Source of the DNA: a virus
Taxonomy: Duplodnaviria > Caudoviricetes
Virus record (IMG/VR): IMGVR_UViG_3300032892_000071
Coordinates: 1 to 53,337 of that record
DNA: 53,337 nt
Reading direction: 5' to 3' (one strand)
Of the stretch, positions 18,698 through 27,800 are shown piece after piece (position 1 is the stretch's first letter; each line of letters begins with the position of its first letter). Position numbers and translations under genes: made by a program. The notes under the pieces were generated by a model. That model was not told the DNA's origin and made no database searches. It saw only the letters and a list, made by a program, of their open reading frames with translations.

Positions 18698-21301
18698 GTG
18701 GCCGCGACATTGACCGCCGAGCAGGAACTCACGTACGCCTCGTTTCCCATCGAAAAGGTTGAGCACACCGCCGACGGCGACCTGCTGGTCTTCGGCAAAG
18801 CCACCGACGGCACCGTCGACTCGGACGAGCAGATCGTCGACCCCGCCTGGTCACAAAAGGCCCTCGCCGACTGGCTGGAGACCGGCGGGAACGTCCGCGT
18901 CCAGCACCAGGCGCAGCGCGACCCGGCCGGGAAAGGCGTCGGAGTCGAGTTCACCCCTGACGGGCATTTCGTCAAGGCCCTCATCGTGGAACCGGTCGCG
19001 AAACGCCTCGTCGAGAAAGGCGTCCTCCGCGCCTACAGCGTGGGCATCTCCCGCCCGGTGATCGAGCGGGACGTCACCGGCAAGGCCAGAGGCGGCCTCA
19101 TCAAGGGCGGAGTCCTGTCCGAGCTGTCCCTGGTGGACAGGCCCGCGAACGGGAACTGCAGCTTCCAGCTGGTCAAGTCCGCCGATGACGGCACCGCCGA
19201 GTTCACCGGCAAGGTGTACGGCGCGGACGGCTTCCTCGCTAAGGCCGCCGCGGATGAGCGGATCACGTCGACGGTGTCGTTCTCCCCGGCGGACATGGCG
19301 AAGCTGCTGACGTTGCGCGCGGAGCTGGAGAAGACCAGCAGCAACGGCAAGCCAGGCGACGGCGACGATGACGGCGATGACGGCGAGCCGGACAGCGATG
19401 ACAGCGACGGCGGAGCCGGCGGCAAGGACGACACCGCCGGTGATGAAAGCGACGTCGAGGCCGACGTCGATGACGCCGACGACGACAGCAAAACCGCCGA
19501 ACCAGACACTGTGAAAGGCGACCTGTCCGCCAAGGACCGCGACGCCCTCCCCGCCTCAAGCTTCGCCTACATCGACTCCCAAGGCGGGAAGCACCTCCCC
19601 GTCCACGACGAAGGGCACGTCCGTTCCGCGCTCGGCCGGTTCAACCAGACCCAGTTCGAAGGCGGCAAAGCGAAACGGAAAGCCGCGAAGAAAATCCTGT
19701 CCCGGGCCAGGTCGATGGGCATCGACGTGTCCGGTGACTCGGCGGTCGCGCAGGCGGCGAAGAAGACCGCCAAACCCGCCGCAGCGAAGACAGCGGGGGA
19801 GAAGTGCGGCACCTGCAACGGCACCGGGAAAATCATGGACGGGCACCGTAAATGCCCCGACTGCGGCGCCGACGGCACCATCGAGCCCGGCGACGAAGGC
19901 GCGAAGGCCGCGGAAGCCGACGTGGCTAAGGCCGGGTCGAAAGCGTGCACGGGGTGCGGGAAGAACTACCACTCCGACTCCCCGGCGAAGTTCTGCGAAA
20001 GCTGCGGGAAGAAACTCCCCGCCGCCGAGAAAGCCGCCAAACCGACCGTCGATGCCGGCGCGATAGGTGAGCACACCGCTCCGGTGCCTGCGCACCGCGA
20101 ACCCGACGGCGACGAGCAGACCGGCCAGGAGCAGTTCGAGAAAGACGCCGGTATCCCCACCGTCTCAGACGCGCCCCTTGAAGTGAAAGCCGCCCGCCGC
20201 CGCGCCCAGATCGGCGCCGGCACCGGCGAGGCGGTCCTGCATGATCTGCTGTGCCCCGCCTACTCCGCGAAGGTCCTCGGCGACACCTACCCGTGGCTCG
20301 GGGATGTCCGCGACGCCGTCGACATCGGCTACTGGCGGCAGAAGGCTGTCGACTCCGCCGCCGGCGCCCCCCTCGAGGAGGCCAGGGCGGCGGCGGACAT
20401 GTGGCGGCACGCCGAAACGTTGAAAGAGTCCGGCCCCGCCGACCTCGCCGACCTCCACGCCGAGATGCACAAGGCGTTCACCGACGCCAACCCCGGCCCT
20501 GGGCATCCGCTGACGCCCGGCGACATGCAAGCCGGCCGGTACAACCGGCCGCTCATCACCGCCGGCCATGAACGCCCGTCCACCGGCTACACCGTAGGCA
20601 AGCCGGACGTCACGATCCCGTCGGGGACACCGGACGCGTCGCAGTACACCCGCGGGCCCGTCACCGCCGGCCACGAACGGCCCGCCCCCTCCAGCGAACC
20701 CGGCTCCAACAGCAAGGTCCCGCCGCCCGCACCGGCCGGGCAGGTCGGGCGGACATTCTACACCAACGCGTCCCGCGACTCCGCCCGCTCCGCGATGGCC
20801 TCCATGCACGACCACATCGCGCAAACGTTCCCCGACCTGTGCCCCATGTCATCCAAGACCGCCCAGCCGCCGGTGATCGAGGCGGAGCCCGACGTCACCA
20901 AGAACGCTGAGCCAGCCAAGCCCAAGAAAATCAAGAAGGTTAAGGCTTCCGCCGTCACCAAAGCGGCGGTAGAAGGCGCCATCACCGGCCCAGACCTGAC
21001 CAAGCAGATCGGCGATCTGCAAGCAGAGCTCGCCAAATCGCGGCGCGACTACGACGAACTCCGCACCCAGGTCGAAGAGATGGCAGCGGCACCGGACCCG
21101 CGGTACGCCCCCTTCAAAGGCGTCATGTCCGGCTACCCGCCAGCCCGGCAGGCGGAGCCTGCCAGCGCAGTACAAAAAGCAGCCAACGCAGCGCAATCAA
21201 CACTGCTCGACGACCTCAACAAAACATGGCGCTACGACCCGGATCCGGCAGCCCGCGAAAACGCCTACGCGGCGATCCGCAAAATCCTGGGCCTCCCATA
21301 G
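18698..21301 (+). CDS. prohead (capsid maturation) protease fused to scaffold-like region with zinc-finger motifs
   Basis: HK97-type protease motifs (NVRVQH, GVLRAYSVG, ELSLVDRPAN); acidic linker; CxxCxGxG/CxxC pairs; C-terminal coiled coil; directly upstream of the capsid gene. Confidence 0.8.
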   Translation: MAATLTAEQELTYASFPIEKVEHTADGDLLVFGKATDGTVDSDEQIVDPAWSQKALADWLETGGNVRVQHQAQRDPAGKGVGVEFTPDGHFVKALIVEPVAKRLVEKGVLRAYSVGISRPVIERDVTGKARGGLIKGGVLSELSLVDRPANGNCSFQLVKSADDGTAEFTGKVYGADGFLAKAAADERITSTVSFSPADMAKLLTLRAELEKTSSNGKPGDGDDDGDDGEPDSDDSDGGAGGKDDTAGDESDVEADVDDADDDSKTAEPDTVKGDLSAKDRDALPASSFAYIDSQGGKHLPVHDEGHVRSALGRFNQTQFEGGKAKRKAAKKILSRARSMGIDVSGDSAVAQAAKKTAKPAAAKTAGEKCGTCNGTGKIMDGHRKCPDCGADGTIEPGDEGAKAAEADVAKAGSKACTGCGKNYHSDSPAKFCESCGKKLPAAEKAAKPTVDAGAIGEHTAPVPAHREPDGDEQTGQEQFEKDAGIPTVSDAPLEVKAARRRAQIGAGTGEAVLHDLLCPAYSAKVLGDTYPWLGDVRDAVDIGYWRQKAVDSAAGAPLEEARAAADMWRHAETLKESGPADLADLHAEMHKAFTDANPGPGHPLTPGDMQAGRYNRPLITAGHERPSTGYTVGKPDVTIPSGTPDASQYTRGPVTAGHERPAPSSEPGSNSKVPPPAPAGQVGRTFYTNASRDSARSAMASMHDHIAQTFPDLCPMSSKTAQPPVIEAEPDVTKNAEPAKPKKIKKVKASAVTKAAVEGAITGPDLTKQIGDLQAELAKSRRDYDELRTQVEEMAAAPDPRYAPFKGVMSGYPPARQAEPASAVQKAANAAQSTLLDDLNKTWRYDPDPAARENAYAAIRKILGLP

Positions 21302-21342
21302 CGCCACCCAGCAACCCCCGCGAGGGGTTCGATAGGAGGCGT

Positions 21343-24300
21343 GTGGCAACCACCACCGCACCCCCGGCCACCGACATCGCGTCCGCCGCAGGCGGCGTGT
21401 TCGAGCAGGCCCCAGCAGAAACCGCCGGAGCACGCGGCCCCGGCGACGTCATCAAAGCCCGCATGCCCAACATGGTCAAAGGCGCCGGCTACATCGGCCC
21501 CGGCGGCAACACCCCCGTCACCGACCAAGCCGAAATCGCCACCCGCACCCACTCCGCCACCATGGCCCTGCGCACCGAAACGTGGCGCGGGTACAACGCC
21601 AAACACGACGTCGTCAATAAGGGCTTCGACCAGGGGTTCCTGAACCAGTTCGGCCGGCTGAAAGCCGCGCTGACGATGCCGTCGGTGCAGGAGCAGGTCG
21701 CCCAGCTTGTGGGGGGGCTCCCCGGCGGCGCGGACGCGGTGAAGTCGTTCACCGCGGGGAACCTCGGGATCGGAACCGTCAACTAGGCGGCCTCACCCGG
21801 CGACGGGTGAGTGAATAACCACGAGAATTGCTGGGACACCCGTACCACCTGGTCACGCCACAGCGTGGCGCGAAAGCGCGAGCGCGACGGCTTGAGAAGC
21901 GGGCCAGAAGGGGCAATCAGCAGCCGAGGGCCTAAAGGCGCATGCCCAAGGTCAAGGTTCAGAGACTCTGTACGTGGGGTCTGGTAAAGTTAAATGGTAT
22001 GACCCGGAAAACGTTGCTCAGTGACGCCGACAAGCGGGAGATCGCAGGGCAGTACGCCAATGGGGCAGGCATCGTGCAGCTTGCCCGCGCGTACTCTTGC
22101 CGGACTAGCCAGATCAACTCGGCCATTGAGGCGAGCGGTACAGCACGCAAGATGCTGACTGCTAGCACGCCCATCGAGTGTCGTCTCCACGACGCGCTCA
22201 AGGCCGCAGGGATCGGCTTCACCACTCAGAAACGCCTAGTCGGCCGGTATGTGGTGGACATCAGCATCCATCAGGCGCCGGTTGTCATTGAGGCAGACGG
22301 AGCCCGGCACCACGCCGGTACCAAAGCCCAGGAACGGGACACGCTACGAGACGCGGCACATGAAGCCGCCGGATACCGCATGTTCCGCTTCAGCGGCAGC
22401 GAGATCAACGCCGACGCGGTGAAGTGCATCCAGAAACTGATAGACGCTTGCGGGCTGGTTCCCGACAAGGAACCCGTTTACGACATCCGCACGAAGTTCA
22501 GCGGCGCCGACCATCCTCGCCATGTCGGCATGTATGAGCTGACCTGCGGCTACTGCGGCGAAACGTTCCTCAACCGGCGGTCGAAGAGGATGTACTGCTC
22601 CCACGAGCACTACATTCTCGGCGTTCAGAAGGGGAAGCCGAAGAGCGCGGAGGTTCGTGCGGCGCTGGCTGAGTCCAACAGGCGCCGCGTATGGACCGAT
22701 GAGGCTCGTGCGAAAGTAAGCGCGTCTCGCGTGGGAAAGCCCACCACAAAGGGGCGTCCCAAGAGTGCCGAGCACCGCGCGAAGATCAGTGCAGCGCTGA
22801 CGGGCCAACGTCAGAGTGATGAGACCCGTGCCAAGAAAAGCGCATCTCATCGCGGCAAGACGATGGATGAGCCAACCCGCGCGAAGATCAGCGCAGCGCT
22901 GACAGGCCGCAAGCGTTCAAACCAGACCAAGATAGAGTCCGAGCCTGCGTGAGAACGCAGGAGCTACCCAGAAATGAGGTAGCCCGCGGTCATCCCTGAT
23001 CGCGAGTAACAACACTGCTCCGGTCTCGTCCCGTTCGATCTCCTTGCACCATCCCGCCTTAGTTAGATAGGGCCGCCGCGCCGTGAGGCGCGGATGAAAA
23101 CTCCGAGAATTGCTGGAAAGCCCGTGCCACCTGCCTGTGCCACAACGTGAGGCGAAAGCCTGAGCGTGACGGCCCGAGAAACCGGCAGAAGGGGTAATCA
23201 GCAGCCGAGCCCGCCTGGCCCCGCGCCGACGGGAAGGTTCACAGACCATGCACGGAGCACCCCTGGTGGGGTGAAGATATGGCCGGGCCTCACGTCGAGA
23301 GCGTGAGAGGCAGACAGCAATGATCTGCCCCACTGTCAAAACGGACAGTTGGTAACAAGCAGCGCATCTACCCCGTATATACAGTATTTCGTAACAAGCT
23401 GCCTAGGCCGCAAGGCCAGGGCACCATGCGCCAAGAACGCGTCATCACCGGCATCTCCGGATCACAAACCGGCGGCCAGGGCGTCGTCGACATCTCCATC
23501 CCAGAACTCGTCAACGCGACCGGCGGCGGGCTGTCGTCGTCGGCGAACTGGCCCAACAACCTGCCAGGCACCGGCGCGCAAACCGAAGTTAATCTCGCTG
23601 TCCCGTACCGTTTCTTCGGCCTTACGGAATCACTGTCGTGGCTGGCGCAGTTCGCCGGCCAAGGCTTCGAAGACATTTCCGCCCTAAACTAACCTGGGGC
23701 CCAGCGTGGTGACGCGCTGGTGAATAACCCTGCTGTATCGGTGAAAGCCCTTCGCCCCGAGGTGATATTCTCGGAACCATGGGTAACGCCGAGGCAACCC
23801 GGCCCGCAGCCGGAGAGTCCGTAGAGGCCATACGCAGGGGATCTGACGAGCTGGAACACCCTGATGCGGACTGCGGCGCTCGCCTCCCAGCGAGTAGCAA
23901 AGTGATTAACACGCCGCATGAGGCACTGTTCCATCAAGCACTACTCCGCGCCCGCCTTAGCTTTGAGACACAGACACATCCTGCTGGCGACAGGTGGGAA
24001 GCGGACATTGAGCTACGCCAAACGCCCATCATCATCGAGGTCACAAACAGCCCCGGACAGACGCGCAACGCTGACAGATACCGGCGCAAGACGGAAGCCT
24101 TCCAGGCTGCCGGGTACCGGGTCTACTGGTTCAGCAACCATATGGCGCGGACCAATGCCGATGCTTGCGTGCAACGGGTGATGAGAGAGAACGGGCTCAC
24201 GCCAGAGGCGGCACCGGCCGTCCTGATCCGGCCTAACCGGATCGGTCATGTGAGGGAACTTAACCCGAACTGGGGCGGCGGCCCGCAGGCGACCGCATGT

Positions 24301-26390
24301 GAGCAGTGCGGCGAGCTTGTCATCGCGGGTAAGCGGAACGGTGGCAAGCGTGCACGGTTCTGTAGTTCGAAGTGCTACGGGAAGTGGATGCACGAGCATC
24401 CTGAGACGGTCAACAATAAGCGCACCATGCCTGATATGCCCGATCTAGCTGACCGGTACGACTCGGGGATGTCTGCGCAGCAGGTTGCCGCCTCCTACGG
24501 CGTGAGCCGCTCCTACGTCATGCATGAGATGCGCAGGCGCGGCATCGCTCTCCGTCCTTCTGGCGGGTACCGTCCGCGGGGCGGCTTCTACCAGAGCGGT
24601 GATCTTCCCGGCTCGTGAAACGTCAGATCATGACATGGTCCGACCCGCATTCGATGACAAAGGTGCGGAGCTAGGCGGAACAGAAACGGCCTAGCCCGTT
24701 GTCCGGCCCGAAACTGGACAACGAGTAACAAAAGTGGGCAAATCTCATATTGCTACAGGAAATGATGCTGGGTTGAGATCATCTTTGCCCAGCCTAAACC
24801 GCGAGAATTGCTGGGACACCCGTGTCACCTGCTCGCACCACAGCGTGGGGCGAAAGCCCGAGCGCGACGGTCCGAGAAGCGAGCAGCAGGGGTAATCAGC
24901 AGCCGAGCCCGCCTGGACCGCATTGCGGCACCGACGGGATGGTTCAGAGACCATGTACGCGGCACCTCACCGAGGTGAAGATATGGCCCGGCCTCACGTG
25001 AGAGCGTGAGAGGCGCGCAGAAATGACGCGCCCGCTCGCCTGCCCGATGGGCGAGAGGTAACAGCGCGGAAGAGTACATGCTGCTCGCTGGGACGTCGCA
25101 GACGCTGCGGCCACCGACTTTGGTGTCGGCGAACACCCGGATACCAGGATCGAACGAGACCGCTGTCAACTCGTCGAATTACGTGTCGATCGGGGTGACC
25201 GCCACCAACTACTACGGTGAGACGGTCTGCTCGACGGTGCTTGACCCGGCGGTCACCAACAACACGTACGTGATCGACCTGACGGTGACGTTGCCGCCTG
25301 GCGCGCTGCAGTGGAACGTGTATGCGCTTACGCAGGCGGGCACTAACACGGTCGCGTCGACGCTGACGAAGGTGGCGTCGGGTATCGGCGGGTCGAAGTA
25401 CACGCTGCAGGGCACGATCCCCACTGTGCAGGTCTCGGGTGGGGCGCCGCCGTCGTCGGACACCTCTACGGGTGCCTCAACCCGGATGGAAGGGATCATC
25501 CCCACTCTGACCGGCCAGTCGGCGAACGCCGGGGTGTACCCCTCCACCTGGCAGGGCGGGTACATTAACCAGTCCGTCGGTACCCACCTCAGCTACAACA
25601 CGATCTACACGGCGCTGGACGCGTTGTGGGAGTCGGCGACCGGTTCCACCAGCCCGGGTGCGTTCCGTGCGGACCCGGCGGAGCTGGTCGGCGACGGCGG
25701 CGACATCATGCGCCTGTCGAATGATGTGATCTCCCAGGGGGCGGCGACGAACTACCGGCTGTTCCTCGACCAGCCCGACGTCGCCGGCGTCCGAGTCGGC
25801 GCTGCGGTGTCGGAATTCCAGAACCCGATCACCCGGTCCATCCTCAAACTGGTGGTCCATCCCTGGTTCACGCAGGGCACCGCGATCCTCATGTCGTACC
25901 AGCTGCCGCAGACGTGGACCAACGTCGCCAACGCGTGGGAAATGACCTGCGTACAAGACTACGCGAGCATTGCTTGGCCGGTTATCGACGCTTCGTTCAG
26001 GTACTCCATCAACAGCGTTCAGTTCTCGCTGAACTGAATAGGTGGCGCGGCAGGGTGACCTGCCGTGGAAAACTGCACTGTTCGGGGAACCCCTCCGCTA
26101 GCCGGGGAATCCCGAGCTTCGGCGATGCCTGCTGGAGTGTAGAGACTGTATGTGCGGGCTCTGTCATGGACGGCCGCCTGGGGCATCACAGGCGTACGGC
26201 CGCAGAGCATGAGACAGTCCGGTCTGCACCGATGGGAAAGGTGCAGAGGCTGGCAGAAATGACCAGCCCGCCCGCCATCCGGCGGGAGGTAACAGATCGC
26301 TTTCTCTATGGTGCCCTGGTCGCAAGCGCGCCTTTCTACTCGGGGATCTTGCAGGGGCTTCAAGTAAGTGACACTACACCCTACAGTTGA
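21343..26390 (+). CDS. major capsid protein, spliced: join(21343-21779,23018-23059,23365-23685,24737-24773,25069-26009,26300-26390), 622 aa
   Basis: exon sum 437+42+321+37+941+91=1869 nt=623 codons; junctions read GIGT-V-SGLVPFDLLAPSR-L-IYPVYTVFRNKLPR...EDISA-L-ANLILLQEMMLG-EEYML...FRYS-I-FLYGALV; position after the protease. Confidence 0.88.
21780..23017 (+). ncRNA. group I intron 1 (1238 nt) in capsid gene, endonuclease ORF in P8 loop
   Basis: P AATTGCTGG 21826, Q AATCAGCAG 21915, R GTTCAGAGACT 21957, S AAGATAGAGTCC 22929; P1 CCGU|C/GGCGG; P3 CCACG/CGTGG; P8 GGTCTGGT/ACCAGACC; terminal G 23017. Confidence 0.92.
21999..22952 (+). CDS. intron-encoded homing endonuclease: Vsr/DUF559-like nuclease + zinc finger + NUMOD3 repeats
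   Basis: YVVDI...VIEADGARHH...RD...GYRMFRF; CGYC..YCS; repeated SAEHRAKISAALTG; 3' end overlaps the S element. Confidence 0.8.
   Translation: MTRKTLLSDADKREIAGQYANGAGIVQLARAYSCRTSQINSAIEASGTARKMLTASTPIECRLHDALKAAGIGFTTQKRLVGRYVVDISIHQAPVVIEADGARHHAGTKAQERDTLRDAAHEAAGYRMFRFSGSEINADAVKCIQKLIDACGLVPDKEPVYDIRTKFSGADHPRHVGMYELTCGYCGETFLNRRSKRMYCSHEHYILGVQKGKPKSAEVRAALAESNRRRVWTDEARAKVSASRVGKPTTKGRPKSAEHRAKISAALTGQRQSDETRAKKSASHRGKTMDEPTRAKISAALTGRKRSNQTKIESEPA
23060..23364 (+). ncRNA. group I intron 2 (305 nt, no ORF)
   Basis: P 23108, Q 23196, R GTTCACAGACCA 23237, S AAGATATGGCCG 23274; P1 GCCU|UA/UAGGGC; P3 CTCCG/CGGAG; P10 UAGAU/AUCUA; terminal G 23364. Confidence 0.9.
23686..24736 (+). ncRNA. 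group I intron 3 (1051 nt) with endonuclease ORF
   Basis: P1 GCCCU|A/UGGGGC; P3 CCCTGC/GCAGGG; R GTAGAGGCCA 23821; P8 GATCTGACG/CGTCAGATC around the ORF body; P7 3' strand TGGTCC 24636; terminal G 24736. Confidence 0.9.
23779..24618 (+). CDS. intron-encoded homing endonuclease: Vsr/DUF559-like nuclease + zinc finger + C-terminal HTH
   Basis: TPHEALF...WEADI...IIIEV...GYRVYWF; NPNW; CEQC..FCSSKC; SAQQVAASYGVS HTH; alternative start GTG 23902. Confidence 0.75.
   Translation: MGNAEATRPAAGESVEAIRRGSDELEHPDADCGARLPASSKVINTPHEALFHQALLRARLSFETQTHPAGDRWEADIELRQTPIIIEVTNSPGQTRNADRYRRKTEAFQAAGYRVYWFSNHMARTNADACVQRVMRENGLTPEAAPAVLIRPNRIGHVRELNPNWGGGPQATACEQCGELVIAGKRNGGKRARFCSSKCYGKWMHEHPETVNNKRTMPDMPDLADRYDSGMSAQQVAASYGVSRSYVMHEMRRRGIALRPSGGYRPRGGFYQSGDLPGS
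24774..25068 (+). ncRNA. group I intron 4 (295 nt, no ORF)
   Basis: 7-bp P1 GCUGGGU|/GCCCAGC; P 24806, Q 24894, R GTTCAGAGACCA 24942, S AAGATATGGCCC 24978; P3 CCGCG/CGCGG; P10 UCUUU/GAAGA; terminal G 25068. Confidence 0.92.
26010..26299 (+). ncRNA. group I intron 5 (290 nt, no ORF)
   Basis: P1 CCAU|C/GGUGG with a hairpin in the loop; P3 CTGCAC/GTGCGG; Q AATCCCGAG 26108; P7 GAGACTG/CAGTCC; terminal G 26299. Confidence 0.9.
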
Positions 26391-26395
26391 CCGTT

Positions 26396-27202
26396 TTATC
26401 CCGTAATGTCCAGTTCGATTTGGCTGGATTGCGGGAGCCTCTTGCGGGCCAGTCCGGGCACGTCGCGGTGCAGCCACGCATCGAGTGCCCGGACTGGGCT
26501 GCCGCTCGCCACGATCGACCATGCGGCGTTGTGCCGCGTGTCCTGGTACGGGCCGCCGACCTTGACGCCCGTATGTGCCTTGATGCGGCCCTGCATCACC
26601 TGAAGGAACGCCAGGGTGCCGGACACGACCGCCCAGCGGTACGGCGGTTCCTGTCGCAGGCTGCCGTCGCCGTCGAAGTAGCCGCAGAGATAGCTGCCTT
26701 CCAGCTCGGGTGGCACGTCCTCAGGCCAGCGGGTGATGAGGCTTTTGCGGTGTATGACGCCGTGGCTGGCGAGGTCCGCGACCAGGCCGGGGGCGCTGAC
26801 CATGAACCTGGCCATCGGGGTTGTTCGGGTCCGGTAATGCGAGATCCGGGCACCGGGCGCGATGTGGTCACGTGCTAGTTCCACCAGGCAGATGTCTTTC
26901 TCATGCAGCTCCAGCTTGAGCTGCCCGGCCTTCGACATTGAGCCATCTGCCGCGAGCAGCCCCAGCAGGTACGCCTTAACCGGCGTATCGATGACCTGGA
27001 AGTAGCCGGGAATGAGCGAGTTGAAGCCCGCCCGGTGCAGGGATGTCAATCCCTCGATCTTGGCTCGCTGATATATGGCGCTGTAGGACCGGCCGAGCTT
27101 CTCTGCGATCAGCCTGGCCGGCAACTTCGTGTAGTTCTCGTGCAGGTAGGCGAGTTCCTCCGTCGTCCATGGAGCCGCCCAGTAGCCCTCTTTAGTTCTC
27201 AC
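26396..27202 (-). CDS. free-standing double-motif LAGLIDADG homing endonuclease with N-terminal Myb/HTH-like segment
   Basis: AYLLGLLAADGS and SYLCGYFDGDGS motifs; WTTEELAYL...IAEKLGRS; converges on the capsid stop. Confidence 0.85.
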   Translation of the reverse strand: MRTKEGYWAAPWTTEELAYLHENYTKLPARLIAEKLGRSYSAIYQRAKIEGLTSLHRAGFNSLIPGYFQVIDTPVKAYLLGLLAADGSMSKAGQLKLELHEKDICLVELARDHIAPGARISHYRTRTTPMARFMVSAPGLVADLASHGVIHRKSLITRWPEDVPPELEGSYLCGYFDGDGSLRQEPPYRWAVVSGTLAFLQVMQGRIKAHTGVKVGGPYQDTRHNAAWSIVASGSPVRALDAWLHRDVPGLARKRLPQSSQIELDITG

Positions 27203-27242
27203 AAGCAGATTCTATACGGCATGCCAAGAGAAAGGGCCCATC

Positions 27243-27533
27243 ATGGCCATTTATGCGGGTGGCCCCGGCTACCAGAAGTCAACGATCGGCAGCAGCATCG
27301 GCACCGTCTACAGCCTGGCCGGAGTGACTAACCCTTACAACATGACCGTTGTCAACACCGGCTCAGCGGTCGTGTACCTCGGCACCAACGCAGTCACGGC
27401 GGCGACGGGGATCCCGCTGGCGTCGGGCGGGCAGCTCACCATCCAGGGCCCGGCGATCGCCCTGTGGGGCATCACCGCTTCGGGGACCGCCTACGTGGAG
27501 GCCGGGCTGTCTACTGTGGCGGCGGTGGACTGA
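27243..27533 (+). CDS. small virion (head decoration-like) protein, paralogue family A
   Basis: NTGSAVVYLG...VT..TGIPL motif shared with 28121, 28611, 28882. Confidence 0.6.
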   Translation: MAIYAGGPGYQKSTIGSSIGTVYSLAGVTNPYNMTVVNTGSAVVYLGTNAVTAATGIPLASGGQLTIQGPAIALWGITASGTAYVEAGLSTVAAVD

Positions 27534-27536
27534 CCG

Positions 27537-27800
27537 ATGACTGATTCGGGTGGGCCGCAGCCTGCGTGGCAGCGGGAACCTGTCGGCCCTGCGTCGGGTT
27601 CCGTGGCCCTGGTGGCGGGGTCGGCGACGGTGTACACGTCGGCGGTGTCGCCTGGTTCAGGGATTCAGCTGACCACGCAGGAGCCAGGTGGTGTGCTCGG
27701 GTCGCATTATGTGGCCGAGACCACGCCAGGGGTGTCGTTTGTTATCGGGTCCACGTCGCCGTCGGATACGTCGACGGTGGCGTGGCAGCTCACCGGCTGA
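27537..27800 (+). CDS. small virion protein, paralogue family B (homologous to the C-terminal domain of 91-3180)
   Basis: IQLT.Q.PGG...YV....GVSFVIGSTSPSDTSTVAW. Confidence 0.65.
   Translation: MTDSGGPQPAWQREPVGPASGSVALVAGSATVYTSAVSPGSGIQLTTQEPGGVLGSHYVAETTPGVSFVIGSTSPSDTSTVAWQLTG

Noticed and set aside
21780-24736. Inteins or group II introns as the explanation for the capsid insertions
   Set aside because: Inserts contain in-frame stops, lack Cys/His-Asn intein ends, GUGYG/AY termini and a reverse transcriptase, and show group I core pairings
21226-26037. ORF-track fragments 21226-21786, 23426-23692, 25078-26037 and 25914-26390 as separate genes or a decayed capsid pseudogene
   Set aside because: They join in frame exactly at predicted group I splice sites; their stops lie inside the introns
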